A DNA stretch of 33,830 bases, taken from positions 1-33,830 of the forward strand of contig JABUSI010000382.1 in assembly GCA_021442745.1 (NCBI GenBank), read 5' to 3'. How positions within the stretch are numbered: the first letter of the stretch is position 1; every line of letters starts with the position of its first letter. This stretch comes from Erysipelotrichaceae bacterium (GTDB lineage: Bacteria > Bacillota_I > Bacilli_A > Erysipelotrichales > Erysipelotrichaceae). The notes under the pieces are model-generated. The model was given only the letters and a program-made list of their open reading frames with translations, had not been told where the DNA came from and did no database searches. Below, in pieces: positions 32,689 through 33,830 of this stretch. The position numbers and the translations under genes were made by a program.

Positions 32689-33830
32689 ATGAATCATACG
32701 AATCGTTTCGGAACCCTTACGCCGAGAATGGCAAAATATCGTGAAGACGTATTGGAGAAAAAACCGTATATCGATGCGTTGCGGGCTGTTCTGGCAACGG
32801 AATCCTATAAAGAAACCACAAATCTTCCGACGGTGATTCGTCGTGCCAGAATGCTGGAAAACATTCTGAAGAAGACAACCATATATATTGAAGAAGAGAC
32901 GTTACTGGTTGGAAATCAGGCAAGCGGTAACAAGGATGCCCCGATTTTTCCGGAATATACGCTGGAGTTCGTGATGAAGGAACTGGACTTGTTTGAAAAA
33001 CGGGACGGAGACGTATTTTACATAACGGAAGAAACGAAACAACAGTTACGGAATCTGGCACCGTTCTGGGAAAATAATAACCTGCGGGCTAAAGGAATGC
33101 AGCTGTTGCCGGATGAAGTGGACGTCTACATGGAAACCGGATTTTTCGGGATGGAAGGAAAACTGAATGCCGGAGATGCTCATCTGGCAGTGGATTACAG
33201 TAACATTCTGAAAAACGGTCTGGTATCGTATAAGGAACGGGTTGAGAGATTAAAGAGTGAACTGGATCTGTGTGACAGCGAAAGTATCTCTAAATATCAG
33301 TTTTATAAAGCGGTTCTGATTGTCTTGCAGGCAGTGAAGGATTTTTCGCAAAGATATGCGGATCTGGCAAGACAGCAGGCTCAAACGGCCACAGAAAGCC
33401 GTAAGGCGGAATTGCTGGAAATTGCCCGGATCTGTGAGAAAGTACCGTATTATCCGGCAGAAACCTTACATGAGGCACTGCAGGCGGTATGGATTCTGCA
33501 GGTAGCCCTGCAACTGGAATCCAACGGGCATTCCGTATCGTTCGGTCGGTTTGACCAGTATATGAATCCGTATCTGCAGCACGATCTGAACAATGGTATT
33601 CTGACGGAAGACAAAGCGGTGGAATTATTGACGAATCTATGGATTAAGACACTGACCATCAATAAGGTTCGTTCCCAATCCCATACGTTCTCATCCGCCG
33701 GCAGTCCGATGTATCAGAACGTAACCATCGGCGGACAGACGGAAGATCATAAGGATGCCGTGAATCAGATGAGTTTTCTGGTATTGAAGTCTGTCGGACA
33801 GACAAGACTGACACAGCCGAATCTGACCGT
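32689..33830 (+). CDS. Glycyl radical enzyme of the PFL2/glycerol-dehydratase-like family, N-terminal 380 aa (3' end outside window)
   Basis: GGAGGTG sits 3 nt before the ATG at 32689 and the frame is open to the window end, so it is absent from the ORF track. RMAKYREDVLEKKPYIDALRA, LVGNQAS, PEYTLEF and GRFDQYMNPY are typical of PflD/CutC/HypD-type GRE N-terminal regions. Confidence 0.8.
   Translation, partial: MNHTNRFGTLTPRMAKYREDVLEKKPYIDALRAVLATESYKETTNLPTVIRRARMLENILKKTTIYIEEETLLVGNQASGNKDAPIFPEYTLEFVMKELDLFEKRDGDVFYITEETKQQLRNLAPFWENNNLRAKGMQLLPDEVDVYMETGFFGMEGKLNAGDAHLAVDYSNILKNGLVSYKERVERLKSELDLCDSESISKYQFYKAVLIVLQAVKDFSQRYADLARQQAQTATESRKAELLEIARICEKVPYYPAETLHEALQAVWILQVALQLESNGHSVSFGRFDQYMNPYLQHDLNNGILTEDKAVELLTNLWIKTLTINKVRSQSHTFSSAGSPMYQNVTIGGQTEDHKDAVNQMSFLVLKSVGQTRLTQPNLT

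Noticed and set aside
1-33830. Search for CRISPR arrays, IS elements/transposases, integrases, phage genes, rRNA/tRNA genes, and large direct or inverted repeats
   Set aside because: I found no regularly spaced repeats, no transposase/integrase-like ORFs and no terminal inverted repeats by eye. The window looks like a syntenic core chromosome. A computational repeat search (self dot-plot) would be needed to exclude dispersed short repeats.

Overview
This is a core chromosomal segment from a low-GC Gram-positive bacterium (Bacillota). The order mnmA-recD2-alaS-ireB-ruvX-DUF1292-mltG-udk-greA mirrors the B. subtilis trmU/yrrC/alaS/yrzL/yrrK/yrzB/yrrL/udk/greA region. I call about 42 protein-coding genes, mostly on the + strand and tightly packed, with many ATGA or TAATG start/stop overlaps. 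There are three cis-regulatory leader RNAs: a Trp T-box before trpS on the minus strand, an Ala T-box before alaS, and a lysine riboswitch before an amino-acid ABC transporter. Several intrinsic terminators and extended -10 promoters are also visible. I found no rRNA, tRNA, CRISPR array, transposase, integrase or prophage signature. No clear new defence or mobile system is evident; the candidates below rest on sequence reading and motif recall, since no searches could be run. Items worth a second look: (1) one 665-aa ORF fusing a complete GT4 glycolipid-type glycosyltransferase to a complete Firmicute-type RecX, translationally coupled to yhaM; (2) the structured 240-nt spacer upstream of that operon, which holds an orphan minus-strand terminator (candidate ~95-nt sRNA), a perfect 19-bp palindrome and an SD-ATG-TAA start-stop; (3) a barnase/barstar pair embedded at the end of an lspA-rluD-rhomboid-comEB operon; (4) a coupled NusG-II/Gx-transporter/TSCPD module of unknown function; (5) an RpiR-aldolase pair with no partner genes; (6) an Spx with a Cys-rich tail.
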